Below, one piece after another: positions 25,401-39,500 of a stretch of 64,000 bases of DNA (the stretch's first letter is position 1; each line of letters starts with the position of its first letter). The DNA is from Chrysomallon squamiferum (taxonomy: Eukaryota; Animalia; Mollusca). A program made the translations under genes and the position numbers. The stretch spans positions 14,694,001 to 14,758,000 of the forward strand of contig CM022678.1 in NCBI GenBank assembly GCA_012295275.1, written 5' to 3'. The notes beneath the pieces are model-generated. The model was not told where the DNA came from and ran no database searches. It saw only the letters and a list, made by a program, of their open reading frames with translations.

Positions 25401-28400
25401 CTCTTGGTAAGTCTTTATGTGAAAACTAAAAATTTATCTAAACATTACTGTCAAACAATAATAAAACAAAAGACACAAGTATGCCATACCTGAGAATGCC
25501 ATAAAATTAATCTCTGCTGTCCTTTCTTGGCAGTGCTGCTGTGAATTCAGATAGTGTTTATCCATAATAACATGTATCAGTAACTCATTAATGACTGTAG
25601 TAAAACACTTTACTACTTACTGAAGTGAAAACATTTCAACACTAAATTGTCACAATGGTATATCAATATTACTTGATGACTAACTGATGAAGAGAAGAAT
25701 AAAGCCACACTTGGTTGAATGAATCATGAGAGACAGACTAACAGCACTAAGAAATCTTCTGTCTTAGACAAACACTAAGCCTCTTCCATGGTATTAACTT
25801 TAAAAATTACTATATCTGTCACTGGCAAACATGTATGTTTATTACATTAAGAATACTTATTACATTAATTAATGTTTCATTGTCATTTTACTTTTATTTA
25901 TTTCAAAAATGTATTTATATACTGTACTTTGTTTTGAATAATTCCATCTTATTCTATATTAAAAAAAAAAAAAAAAAAAATTAAGAAAATTTAAATAAAA
26001 GGTTTAAAAAATGTAAAAAGTAAATACAGATTTATAAAAATAAAACAAACTAAAATCTTATTTTTATATATTAAAATAAATAATGAAATATAATAAATAC
26101 CAACCCTAAAATTATAATATAATCTACATAAATATTTATTAAAATTTGATCAGATTTCCTGAAGCTTATAGCTGTTAATAACTATAGTGTATTTACAAGA
26201 TATACCAAAGTACAAGTATATATGGACTAAAACTTTACTATATATTATACAAAAGTTTCAGTTACATGGCTTTAGCCCACTTTTAAAAAATAATCTATCC
26301 TAATCTCTATAGCAATGTAATCACAGAAAAACAAACACAGGTGCATGCACACAATACACCCACATGTGCACCAGTCCACATACACATACAAACTTATTAA
26401 GAGTTAATTAAACAAAATTGTATGAGAAGATTTGGTAGATGTTTGGGGCAAGTATTAACTAAAGAGAAGATAAAATTCAGACCATCAGAGAGAATTCTAG
26501 TACATAAATTGTACTTGTTATACCGAAATAGGATACCTCTGACATATATTTTTGTTCTCATTATGATTATGCCTAATCAGAAAATAAGATAAAATGCTTA
26601 AAAATCTTGTGTCAGATTCAGACTAAATCCATCATAATCTTGCAATCTATTTTTCATTAGATCTTAAGAGAGAAAAATAATAATCTTGTAGTGTGACTTT
26701 CTCCAGAGGTATTTCAGCTGTGCTATAAGCAGCTTCTGGCCTGATGTCAGCTTCAGACAAAGGGATTGTACTCCAAGTCACTTTGGAAGAATAATCAATA
26801 AAGTTGGGAAGTTATTATTTTTAAACATCAAACGACACTGAAGTTATTTATTCACTATATACACATGACACAATGTTAATCCTCAAATTTATTTATTAAA
26901 TTTCTATTTATTACAATCTGATGGTAAATATTTTATTTTATTTGTTGGTTTTTAATTCAGATTTTGTTTCCATCCCATTTGCAATATTCATTCAGTTATT
27001 ATTACATCTTTCCAAAAACATGTAGATGACACAATTAAAATTATTTAATTAAAATATAAATAAAACTTACTAATTAATAATATGTGTGTTTTTAAGTAAT
27101 AGAAACTGGCACTTAATCAATATTATAAGAACAATGTTTGTATTTCTATAAAATATTATGAGCTGCAAGAAACTTGATACCAATCCTAAGGAAATGTTTT
27201 CACTAGTGGTAAGTTAAAACACCAGTTGAATAGTGGACAAAAAGTTTCATGAATGATAGCTTAGAAAAACAGTATCTGTGTCACACCAATCAATGTTACT
27301 ATGAAAGAAAGAACTGAAAACTATTACTTTAAACAAAATGATAATAAACAAATGATCTTAAAAATTATCAGAAAATGAAAACATTAAAATAATGTCATTA
27401 ATTAGTTGGTGTCAGATTACTTAATGAATGGAAGTTCAATTTCTATGACAAAAGCATAAAAGAACTTTTTAGCAAACAACACAACACATTATTATTATAT
27501 TTTAATTTTAATGCTGTGCCTGCCACTGTTTGCTTTTATTACATAAACTGCAAAGTACTTTTACAATAGTAACAATAAATATTTCTTTCTTTTATATTTT
27601 ATCAAATTTTAAAAATAAAAATTAAATGAAACTATTTTATGCTGAATTTGTGCATCTCTTTTAATTTTAGGACAGCTAGTTTGATTAGCTTAATAGTATG
27701 AATGAGAATATATATATATACACAAAAGATGAAACTATCTGTATTCTAAACAAAATCAGTGTTCAATAATAATACATGTATATCAAAAAAAAAATAAAGT
27801 TGGCAACTGAATGCACATAAATTCTTTTATTATAAAATAAAAAATAAAATAAAAATAAACTGTGTTATTCTGCTTAATCCTTATCCAAAAAGAAAAATAG
27901 ACAAATGAGTGAGCAGTGGAGAAGAACGAAGCAGTTTTTTGCCTGAGAAAAGTGAGGGCTCAGAGATTAGCTGCCTATCAGAGAAGCCTGCAGAAATCCT
28001 ATCTAATCTGCTTTGTCAAGAAAATGGCTTGAAAACAAGACAGATGGTCGGATTAAATGGCTGTGCTGCTTTCACAGGGATAACTGCCCAAAATTAAATC
28101 TAAAGCAGATTAAGGCTTGACGGGAGAGGTTCTATTGTTAAAGATAAGGCAGATGCACAAAGGGGCCATTTGGGGATGAAATATACTACAATCCACAAAA
28201 TATATAGTTAGATAGCTAACAATTATCTTAAAAGTAAAAATTATCATTTCTGATATAAATGAATAAATATTCAGCTTAGAAGAACAGTAAGTTTGTGAAA
28301 ATACAGAGCAAATAATGTAAACAATATTTATTTAGTTATCAGTATTACTCATTATGCTGATTTGTTTGTAGTCATCTCATTAATATTAATAATACAATTT

Positions 28401-29095
28401 ATAATTAGCCATTCTTTTTCTGTTTTTGCTATAATGAATAATTATTTATTTATTTTATTTATTAATGAAATGTAGCTTAGTATCCAAATTAAGAGAAAAC
28501 AAATTATGCAGTAATAATAAAATATATCATAAATAATATTCAGCATAGCAATGTTTTTAAACATAAATTGTTTGTAATAATAATAAATGAACAGATAAAT
28601 TCACTTTTAATGTTTATTTGGATTTATTTATTTATTATTTTTTATTACCTAGGGATTGAATTAATCTCAGCTAAAGATAAAATGATAAAAAAAAGTAAAG
28701 TAAATATTTGATTTATTATCTTATGTTTATGTTAAATAATAAACATACTGATCACATCTAAAAATAATAGTTTTTCAAAATACCCCAAGAGAACCTCTTG
28801 GTATTAAATCCAAACCCAAAGTGAGGAAAATTAATCCACAATCCCTTCTCATCTTGCCTGTTTTACCAACGATAAGCTAGCACTGCCAAGAAATCATGTA
28901 CATCGGATTAGACCAGGAAGGTAGGTCAGTGCATTCTGCAAAGAGGATTTTCCACTGTTCTGGAGATGATCATATTTCTAACAAATGCTGTTTATTGCAA
29001 GATGTTCAGCAGTGCCCATTTTATTCTCCATTTGCAGTGTAAAACTTTAGTTGTAATGCAGAAGTTGAAAGAGCACACCATCTGTTTACCAGTTG

Positions 29096-29130
<35 letters not shown>

Positions 29131-30934
29131 CACATACATACACACATGAATTCACATCCTTTGTTTGTAAATTCTAATGAGAATTGAATATAGCCTGCTT
29201 CAAGTTATATTTCTCATTTTGAGAATAAATTATCATCTTTTTTAAAATGGATAGAAAATGAACAAATAGTGTCTATTTTTGAAGTAATATATCAGTGTCT
29301 AGATGTGAAGTAATATACATTTTTCAATACATCTCTACAAGATTTATCTATTAAACATCCCAGTCTAAAGTTATCTACATCTAATTGTCAATATCACCAT
29401 GGGTGACTAGCTTTCTCTGCCACACAATCAAACATTATTATACCAGGCTTTTCACAAAAATCTCTTTAAATGAATGCTTATCCTAATATCCAACAGATTC
29501 AGTGAACTTGGTGGCACCATGTTTAAAATAAATCCTTTATCATAAGCTCATGTAATGGTAGATAATAATCATCAAGTTAATGGAATAAGATGTTCGTTTA
29601 CTTATTTCACTGCATGAAAGCTGTGGAGTCAATTATGTGAAAATTATGTTTCATCTATTTCAATGTGAAGTTCTCCCATCACAGCAGTCAAACTGTCAGA
29701 CTGTCTATGGCCTAATAGAATTCAGTGGGTTATATTAAACCTTTTACTGAAAAAAAAACCTATCTCTTGTTTTCTACAGTACATGGTATTATTCTTATTT
29801 ATTTATTAAACAGAAACAGCCATCAACAAAACAATCCAGCAAAAGAGATTATTTAAGTTAACTTCAATAAAACGTAACAAATCACTCTGGTGTGGAACTA
29901 CGCTTGAAACAGTCAGAAAGACAAACATCTGTAGTAAAACCCTCCTATCCTCTTGTTTATAAAAATAATTACACAAGTTTTAGTCAAAATATTTTAACTG
30001 TTATAAATGAAAAACACCTATTTTTTTTATTTTTTTTTTACTACATATATGTATTTTTTTTTTAATTCTCCAGACATCTATTGTTTTGTTTCTTTCAGTT
30101 TTAAAACTTGTGTATTTAATTTAAATTTCATAGTATTCAATACTGATACAATTATGTTAAACTGGAATTAATCTAAATATAATAAATTTTGGTTTCAACA
30201 ATAACAAACTAAACTATTAATAAAAGATTTTTTATATGAATATTTAGAACTAATCCTTGGAATGAATAAAGAACTGAAATGAATGAAAATTTACAGCCCC
30301 TGACATATTAAAATTAATAGTTACTGGTTTATGACATTTCTTATTACAATCTAATTATAACAGAAAATATTTTTATGGATCAGCAGCCAATCACCTTTGC
30401 ATATACCTTGTGATAAACATGAAAGTACATCCCAAAACCTTTGATGAGCCAAGTTATGTCGAAGAAATTTTATTAATATAAAACCTACTTGGAATTATCC
30501 TCTATCCTCACCTAATACACATTAACATAGGTACAGTAGAGAGATTATAAACGTGTACATTTGCTATTAATACGTTCATGCCACTGAACAGACTGAAGAG
30601 ATGTTCCTGCTGGGGCAGTTCATTTTACATCACAGTTTGTGGTCCATCCGCCACAAATATTTAATCATCTCTGTATTTAATTCACAAACTGGTCCAAATA
30701 TTTCAATAAAAGCTCCAAAAATAAATTTTTGTTGCTGTTGTTGATATGTGTTAGAAAATATTTTATTACTAAATTAAGTAAGGAATATTAAAAGAATATC
30801 TTTTTTTCAAAAGCAGCTGTGTTTTTTCTTCACTTCATTCTTCTTTCAATAATATTTACTGTTTATGTATATAAGTTTATTAAAAATATTTTTAAAAAAT
30901 GTTTTGCTTTTGTGAGCATAATTGGATATATATC

Positions 30935-30975
<41 letters not shown>

Positions 30976-31357
30976 TTTTCCATTTTATTTTTATTATTGT
31001 TTTTTATTAAAATGAACAAAATATACAGTCCAACATTTTAATTTTTATTTATTTATTTAATTTCTGTTCTAATTTTGTTTAAATAAAAATATGTTTTCAT
31101 ATTTATATCAATTTTCAGTGGATGGACATATATTATTTTTAAGAAAACACAATCTGAATAATTTGAGAACAAACTGATGTTAAAAAAATTACTGAAATAT
31201 ATACGTATAATTCTGCAGATTGGTGCATATGTGTGTGTGTGTGTATATATATATATTCTGAAATTTCAACCATATAAAATACTTCTATGAATGATGTACA
31301 AAATAATTAATGATTAAACTAATATATTTATTTTATAATGACTGTTTCCTTCTATTT

Positions 31358-31396
<39 letters not shown>

Positions 31397-32921
31397 AAAT
31401 CTTTGGAATCCAGAATTAATTCAAGTTTTAAAAAACATTAAAATGGCTGTAATGAGATGTGGTCAGAGAACTGGCTTAATTGTCATAAATTCATCTTTAG
31501 TGCAGCTTTTATCTCATTAGTGCCTTAAAAAATCCCTTGCTAATACTTGAAAGAAAATAATGATATAAAAATTAAAAAGAAAAAAGACAATGAATATTGA
31601 GTTGAATTCTATTTTTCTTTTAGTCAGAAATATCAATTTACGCCTACCAGATGTGTTTGAACTTGAATGTTTTACAATATAAATGTATGTATCATTAACT
31701 TGATTAACTTGTGCTATGAGTTCTTTTACTGTCATATTTTTCATACAGTACAAAACTGTTTATTTTCATACTGATCTTGCCAGGGGAAATAAACTGTTAT
31801 TAAATACCTCACTTTTTGTTTTGTTGTTATTACTAATACACATTAAGCAAATTAATTACTTAAAATGAAATGGTATTTTGAACAAATTAAAAAATTGATA
31901 CTTTCCCTAATAACAGTAAGATTGCGATGGATTTTATACTTTTTTTTGCCTCTGGAACTCATCATCATTAATCTCATCAGTGGTGCACTTGAAGGATTAC
32001 AGGTCAGATATATTCTTCCAGTTTGGAATACTGCAAAGCCCATTCATGACAAAGCTTGAGCTAGAGTTGATTTGCTTAAATCCAATCAGAGGAGATTACC
32101 GATTACTCCAGCCAAACAGCTTGTCTCATGCATGACTTTCCTCATCCACAAGTAATTTGAATGTTAAATGGAAGATTTAAAGCAAGCTGGATGGCACAGG
32201 AGAAAAACACTGAGACAAACAAGTCTATGAATCAATCTTCAATAAAATGGGATTTCTGCAGCCTGAAATGCTGCCATTCAGTGCAGAAGCTTATCAGTAA
32301 TTTTTGTTGAGCAAGACTAATAAAAAACAAATCCCCAGCAATTCCGTTGTCGGCAAGCTCACATCTCTCTGACTGACAGTGGAATGGCATTAAGCAAATG
32401 GAGGCTTAAAATTGGGAGATTAAACATACACATTTGGAGAGAAGATAAGCAAACACATTTAGGCTACGTTCACTAATCCTCCTAGAATTAATCCCTGAGA
32501 ATGATTGCTCCCCACACTTAAATCCCAATTTAGCAACGCTATGCTTCCTCAATGTCAAAGTAAAGTCGACTCTTTATGTTACAAATAATACTTGCAAGAC
32601 AACCAGTGTTCACTATAAAGTCCTCAGCTATCATTTCACAGGAGTTTTGGAAGATATTGATGGCTATGACAAAACACAGATAATTAAGTGACAGGGAAGA
32701 TTTTCTTGTGGATTTTCTATGGGATTACTTCTTTTTTAAGAACAAATACCATTTGAAGCAGATAAGTCAGTGAGAAGCAATCTGACATGAAATGTATTAA
32801 ACCAGTAAGCAGTGTAACTCCTGGCCAAGTATTCTTCTTGTTTTTCATTTTCATTATTTTTAAAACATATCATCTTATCAATACAAACCCATAACTATGT
32901 TTATTATCTTTTCTCTGATAC

Positions 32922-33002
<81 letters not shown>

Positions 33003-33540
33003 TTTGTGTTTGCATTCTGTGTGAGTTGTATTTACTTTTCTATTTACAGTCAGAACAGTCTAACTGTATTCAAGTATTACAAAAGGCCTACAAACATAAA
33101 TAAGCTTGTTCCAGGTTGAGTAAGTAGAACAATATATCTGCAGTGCTATGAAAAGAGAACCTGACATGGACACCCCATGACTTAATTAAACCACTGACTT
33201 ATTTACAACAATGTGAGCTTTACCTACTGACCTAAAACTTTCTGTTTCACACTGGTTCCTGTACTGGACAGTATGTTCTGTGATGAACTACTGAACACAT
33301 ATGTAACAGATTATTTTATTATTTTAATTTTTAAGTTGATGCAAATGTCTCATTATAATAAGTAAACAAATAAAGACTAAACTTACAGTTACAACAGCAT
33401 AAACTTTTCACCACCAAAATTAATCAAATAATGTTAAAACAATAATAATTATAAACATAAAAATAAATCCAATTAAAAATGATTTTAAAATTTTAAAATT
33501 TAAAAAAATAAAAAAAAATGTTACTTATGGCATTTCTTTC

Positions 33541-33578
<38 letters not shown>

Positions 33579-36500
33579 TGGTTTTAACAGACCTTCATTC
33601 ATGTAATAGTATTTGTTTTTTAAATGTTTTTGACTTTTTCTTTTTAATAAAATCTTTACTTTCTCAGAGATAGCTTCAGCCCAGAATTTATGCCAAAAGA
33701 CAAATAATAATACTTATTCACATTTTTCACATACAAGAAAATTTACTGATGACTATTTCCAAAAATCTTAATGTTTTAATCTAGATTCTCCTTTTGAAAC
33801 CCTTATAAACTGTTATGCAGTGAAATAAAGCAATGCATAAATGTTGACAACTTGCATTTTAATTGTTTGTTTGTTTTTTGGGAGGTTTTAAAATGAGAAT
33901 TATTATTTGGCATATTTCTCTCTTCTAGAAATAATTAATACACATGATGGTCATTAAAGATATATGTTGTTTATTTAAAAATAGTAATTAATTTAAGCAT
34001 TTGGATTTTATTTTCAGAAATATAGAAATAAATTCTTACCTTGTTTAATCCTTAATAATTGCTTTCTATTTATTTAAATTATTTATTAATTAATAAGAAA
34101 CAAAAATCACCTGGACAGAGTTTAAATCTTTTCCAGCTTGTGAACATTTCCAACAACTCAGATTTTGTATATGTTATAATTTTCACTATAAACCAGTCAT
34201 TATAAAAAGCGTAACACAATATATATAAACAATTATATAAAGTGTTATAGAGAGACTCAAAACTTCCTTAATCAATAGTTGTAACAATAATTGTAAGGTT
34301 GCTTAAGTTCACTTCCTTCTCTGAACCGATGAGCTCGCTGCTTCTCCTCCTCTTAAATACTGACAAATGTCCTAGTCACTACAAAATTGCTGTCTTGCTG
34401 TTAAGCTTATTTATTGTAGATCAGTATTCATGTAACAAAAGTTAGTCATTCTTGAAAGAAAACATGTATTGAAGAGACACAGATCATATTTCTGCATTAT
34501 TTGTACTTTTGTTATCAATAGCAGTTTCATTGTTTATTTTCTTTAGAATATTAATTTAAGATTTTTTGAAGATTATATATGTAGATCAAAATAATCCACA
34601 CATTTTTTACAATTAATGTTATTTATAGTGAAAAACAAAGCACAATATTAAGGCTGATAATAAAAATAAAAACAAATGATTTCTTCAAATTTATCAGATA
34701 AAACTTGTATCTATATATTGGAATTACTTTTTCAAAAAATCTTAAATTAATATACCGTATATACTTGTGTATAAGTCGAATTTTTGGGAGACTATATTAA
34801 GGTAATATTTTGGGGGTCGACTTATACATAGGTAATGCTTTTGTAGCTGTTGCTGAAGAGTCGCCATTTTGACTATTTTTTGCTACGGGATGCATCTAAA
34901 ATAATCGCAGTCTTTCAGCTTTTCGAAATTATAATTTTATCGTATAAAATTTTTTGAAAAATTAAATAACAAAACCAAATATGAATGTAAAACATGATAT
35001 TCTTCCGTTTAATGACATAAAAATACATTTTAAAGCGAGAAAACCGTCAGTACAGCGTTATGCTTTACCGTGTCTTGCAATGATTTAGGCTATAGCTCGT
35101 GTAATGCATGCATTTACGTTATTATGGTATGTTTGTGCAAGTTACTGCTCGTGCAAGTTATGTTACAGTAGGCATACAATGTAGGCCTTCATGGCACTGT
35201 CACACTGGTCTAAAAATAGTGACGGTGCCTGGAATCTACAGTCGACTTATACACAAGTAATACCTAAAATGACGCAATTTTTGGTCTTAAAATACACATC
35301 GACTTATACATAAGGTCGCCTTGTACACAAGTATATACGGTATATAAAATTATAAATATACTGCAGTAGTAATAATTTTTTTATATATAATTTCCTTGTT
35401 GGTAATAATAATAATAATATTAATAAATAAATAAATAAATGAGATAATTTTTTTTTTTTAACACCAATGTCATGGAGAATTATAAATTTTGCAGCATTAA
35501 CTGAATGTGTTCAGCAACACTTGGTACGTCTTTTAAATTACTCAGTGTCAAACACACTTGTTTTCTGATAAAGGTGACAGTATGGAAGAACCCATTAGCT
35601 CCTCTTCATGGAGTATTTGTTGCTAATATATGTGTATTTTTCATTTTTGGTTTTTTTCAATTATAATTTATTTTAACATTTTAAGAAAAATAAAAATAAA
35701 ATAAAAATAATTATAATTTTTTTTTTTTAAACAGTAACAGTTAAAAGAATATTATATATAAATGCAGTAAAATGATGCATAGTACTGGGTGTAATACACA
35801 TTACTACTATGACTTGATGCTTTACTTATTTACAGAAACTTCGGTAAGAATCTTTTCATGCACCTCTCCACAGATTAAAAAACACAAACTCACTGACTGA
35901 ACCATATTTCGATAAAACATTTTTATATATTTTTTATATTTTTTCTTTCTCTTTTTAAACATGTTTAAAATTAAAAACAGATATTCAAAACACTGAATGC
36001 AGTTAATAATTTGTCATTTCTTTCTTTTTTTCCCTTTAAAAAAAAAAGTTTTCTCTATGTTCACATATTCTATTAATTGAACAACAATGGAATAAATAAT
36101 TGTAACAGTTATGTTCCTTACAAATGATATTTACTTCGGGAGAAACTTTGGCTTTATCTGTAAGAAAATAGTCAAAACTGAAGTTGGCTGGAAATATTGT
36201 CTGTTAAAATATATAATGCTTGATTTGTGACGGTCTACCTGAAATATTTCTAACATACAGTGTTAGTTTACTGTTATCAAAAGCAAATAAAGTTGTTATT
36301 TATAACCATTTTACATTTCACATATATGTTACAAATGCCTTACAGTTACAGAATTTTGTCAGAACAACATCCTATCTACAAGTCTGAATGAAATTATTAA
36401 ATGCATTTTCAGTATCTGATTTTGTATTAATGCTATACAATACACAATAAATAGATATGCAAAACACATTTTATACTTGGTTATTTCTTGTTTTTGTTTT

Positions 36501-39500
36501 TGAGTTTTTTCAGGACAGTAGTGAAATTTCATACGTTAATGGAGAAATTAAATGAAAATAACTAAAATATTTTATTTATTTATTTTAAAATAATGCAATG
36601 TCTTTTGAAAAATATCTGCTGTGTTAAGGCAGAATAATTTACTGAAGTTTACCAATTTTCAATAACTGTCATTTTGATGCCAGAAACATGGTCTAAATAT
36701 ATTCTGTATGCTTCCATTTATTTATTTATTTTTATTTATTTTTTAGTGCTAGTTAATTAGCAATGAACAGACTTTGCTTGATTTGTTTTATTGAAATATT
36801 TTCTGTTATTATGTTTTTTGATTGAACAAGTAAGCAACATCTGGCCAATGTTGGACATTGACTATACAAATAATTAAACTACTTCACTTTAAATATCACT
36901 CAGAAACAAAAACAGTATTTTTGTTTGCATAAAATTTCAGGACGGGTACCAAAAAGCAAAATTATGCAGTTAATAAATCTGAAATGAAAATCCTATAATA
37001 AAAAGTCAACAAAAAAAAAGAAGAGGAAAAGTAACTCAGATTCTGAGCAACAGTTAATGGTTAATATCCTTAATTCATAAACATCACTTCAGTAGCAGGA
37101 TATATGGTATTCTAGCAACTCCTTTCTTTCTTTTTCTTTTTCATTTTTGACTTGTCAAATCCATATTTATTCATCTATAATAAAATTAGCATTTGGCAAA
37201 AAAATATGATGCTTTCCCATCAGAATTTGAAATCACAGAAACTGATGTCATGTGGCAAATGTTGATGACAACATAAAATTGTTTTTGCATTGTTTCTCTC
37301 AGAAATGAAATTAGAATGTCAAGTGCGATGCGAAAATGTCTGAAAAACCATCTCCCAGGTTTATGTTCATATGATGAACATTAAATAAAAAGAAAGAAGA
37401 CGAAGCAGAAAAAACACTTTCTTAAACCGTTTGTCTTATTAAAATAGATAAATTATTGCTAGAATGTGAACTTTTTACTTCTGCTTATATCAGATGTACA
37501 GGTAAATTGAAAACTTTTTTTTTAGCTTACATTATTATTTATTTTAATTGTATAGGCATTGATTTATTTGTGAAATTAACTTAACAAATAGTAATTATTT
37601 TGCATGTATCTACAGAATTATGCACATAAAAAAAGCCAATACTGATCAATGCAGATTTCTAGTAAAGATAAGATTAGTAGTTGAAATTACTTTTACTAGA
37701 CACATAATAAATTATAATTCAATTCTGCTATTGAGACTGTGACATAAAACAAAATAAAAAGATTTTAAAGGTAAAATGTAACAAATTCACTCAAGATTAA
37801 GATACATATGTAATCTAAAGGCCTGGGCAGCACAGATTTAAAGGCTTTTATTTGGAATTATAGATCTGCTATTCATGTAAAAACATAGCACATATTTTAT
37901 AGCGCAGATCATACCCAGTCAAGTTTATAATATATTTCATAGTTGTTAGAAGAAATTATAGTCAAATTTAAACAATAAAAATGACAATATTATGATTAGC
38001 AAATGTCATTTGGAATGAAGTTTAAAATAAAGAAGAAAATAAAATGCAAAATCTAAATCTTTTGCCATAACCCCTTTTCAGGATATGCAAATTTGAAAGC
38101 CAAAATGTATCACTGAAGATTTGTCCAAAAAAATATTGATCTCTACAGATATACATATGACTACAGATAACAAAGAAACAAAAACAACACCTATCAAGTG
38201 AAAACAAATTTGTCCCATTTGAACTTTTTTTTAAACCAGAATATCACATTCTGTTCGAACAAAAATTAAAACAATTTCTACTTCAAACTTGGATGATTAC
38301 AGTGTTTGTCATTATTATCCGTAACAATTTATTATTTTACTAACAGAAAATATTTAGGAAGATTCTCAAATATTTTTTTCACATTATGTGGATCAGAAAT
38401 GGAAAAAAATGGGATATTTGATTGGGATAATCAGACAGAGTATATAGAATTTATCAGTGTTTTCCACATTTGTTTTTGTTTTCCTTAATTTAAATAAATG
38501 AAATTTTTTTTGTTTTTTGTTTATATAGTCTCACATATGATTCAACTTGAAATGCATTTTCAAAACATTTAATCATATTATTACATTTTAATGTAGTTAA
38601 AATGACTCATGGGGCCATTTAAAAAACTAATAAAAATGACTGAAATGGATCTAACCTTTAAATAGCATAGCTTAACTTACTTTAAAGATATATCATGATT
38701 TTTCACTTGTTAAAATTTTGAAGTAATTAGTAATAAGCTATAGATATATAAAAAAAATACTATGAATGATGTATAATATATAAGGACCACAAGCATTTGA
38801 TGTTTAACCATAATTCTCTGCAATGTACAAACTTGGCTGATACTAAGAACTCACTCCAGAAAGGTGTTGCAGGTACTAATCAGTGGCAATAAAATGTCTA
38901 TAATCATGAAGCTAAATCTATTAAATGTGCAGGTGTGTTAAGTATGACATCTAAAGCAGAAACATGAAAGAATACTTTTAGCTTTGTACTAGCTGTGATT
39001 TGACTGCAAACAAAAGTTACCTATCATTTGATCACAGCTGCTGTTTACTCTGAAGCTAATCAACACTTCAAACAAAAATAAATCAAGTTTTAAAACACTA
39101 TTTACTATGTTAAAAAGTGATTGATTTATTATTATTTTTGGCATTTTATTAAGCAGTTGAGCAATACTACTGGTACTTGGACTCATGGAATATATTCTAG
39201 TGTTGTTACATTTATGATCTTAAAATCAGATTTACTTCACTGTTCTTAGCATGAATTCTGCAAACAAAATAATATGAAACAGCACTCATATACAGAAAGT
39301 TGGCTTCATAATCATTCTTCTGGTTCATGGCAATGATGTCTATCCATGCAAAGTGCAATGAAAAAACAGGAGAGACTGGTTAGTCTGCAATTGTTTTAGC
39401 TTAATTAGCCAAATTTTATGAAGACAGGGTTCTGAAAACACTGTTTTCTTCTATAGTTTATTAATTTTCACTTCTTTATGTAAAAAAAAAAAATGAATAC

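Noticed and set aside
27909-28097. 62-aa plus-strand ORF in the dve intron
   Set aside because: Non-ATG start, no recognisable homology or splice context; better explained as a non-coding island.
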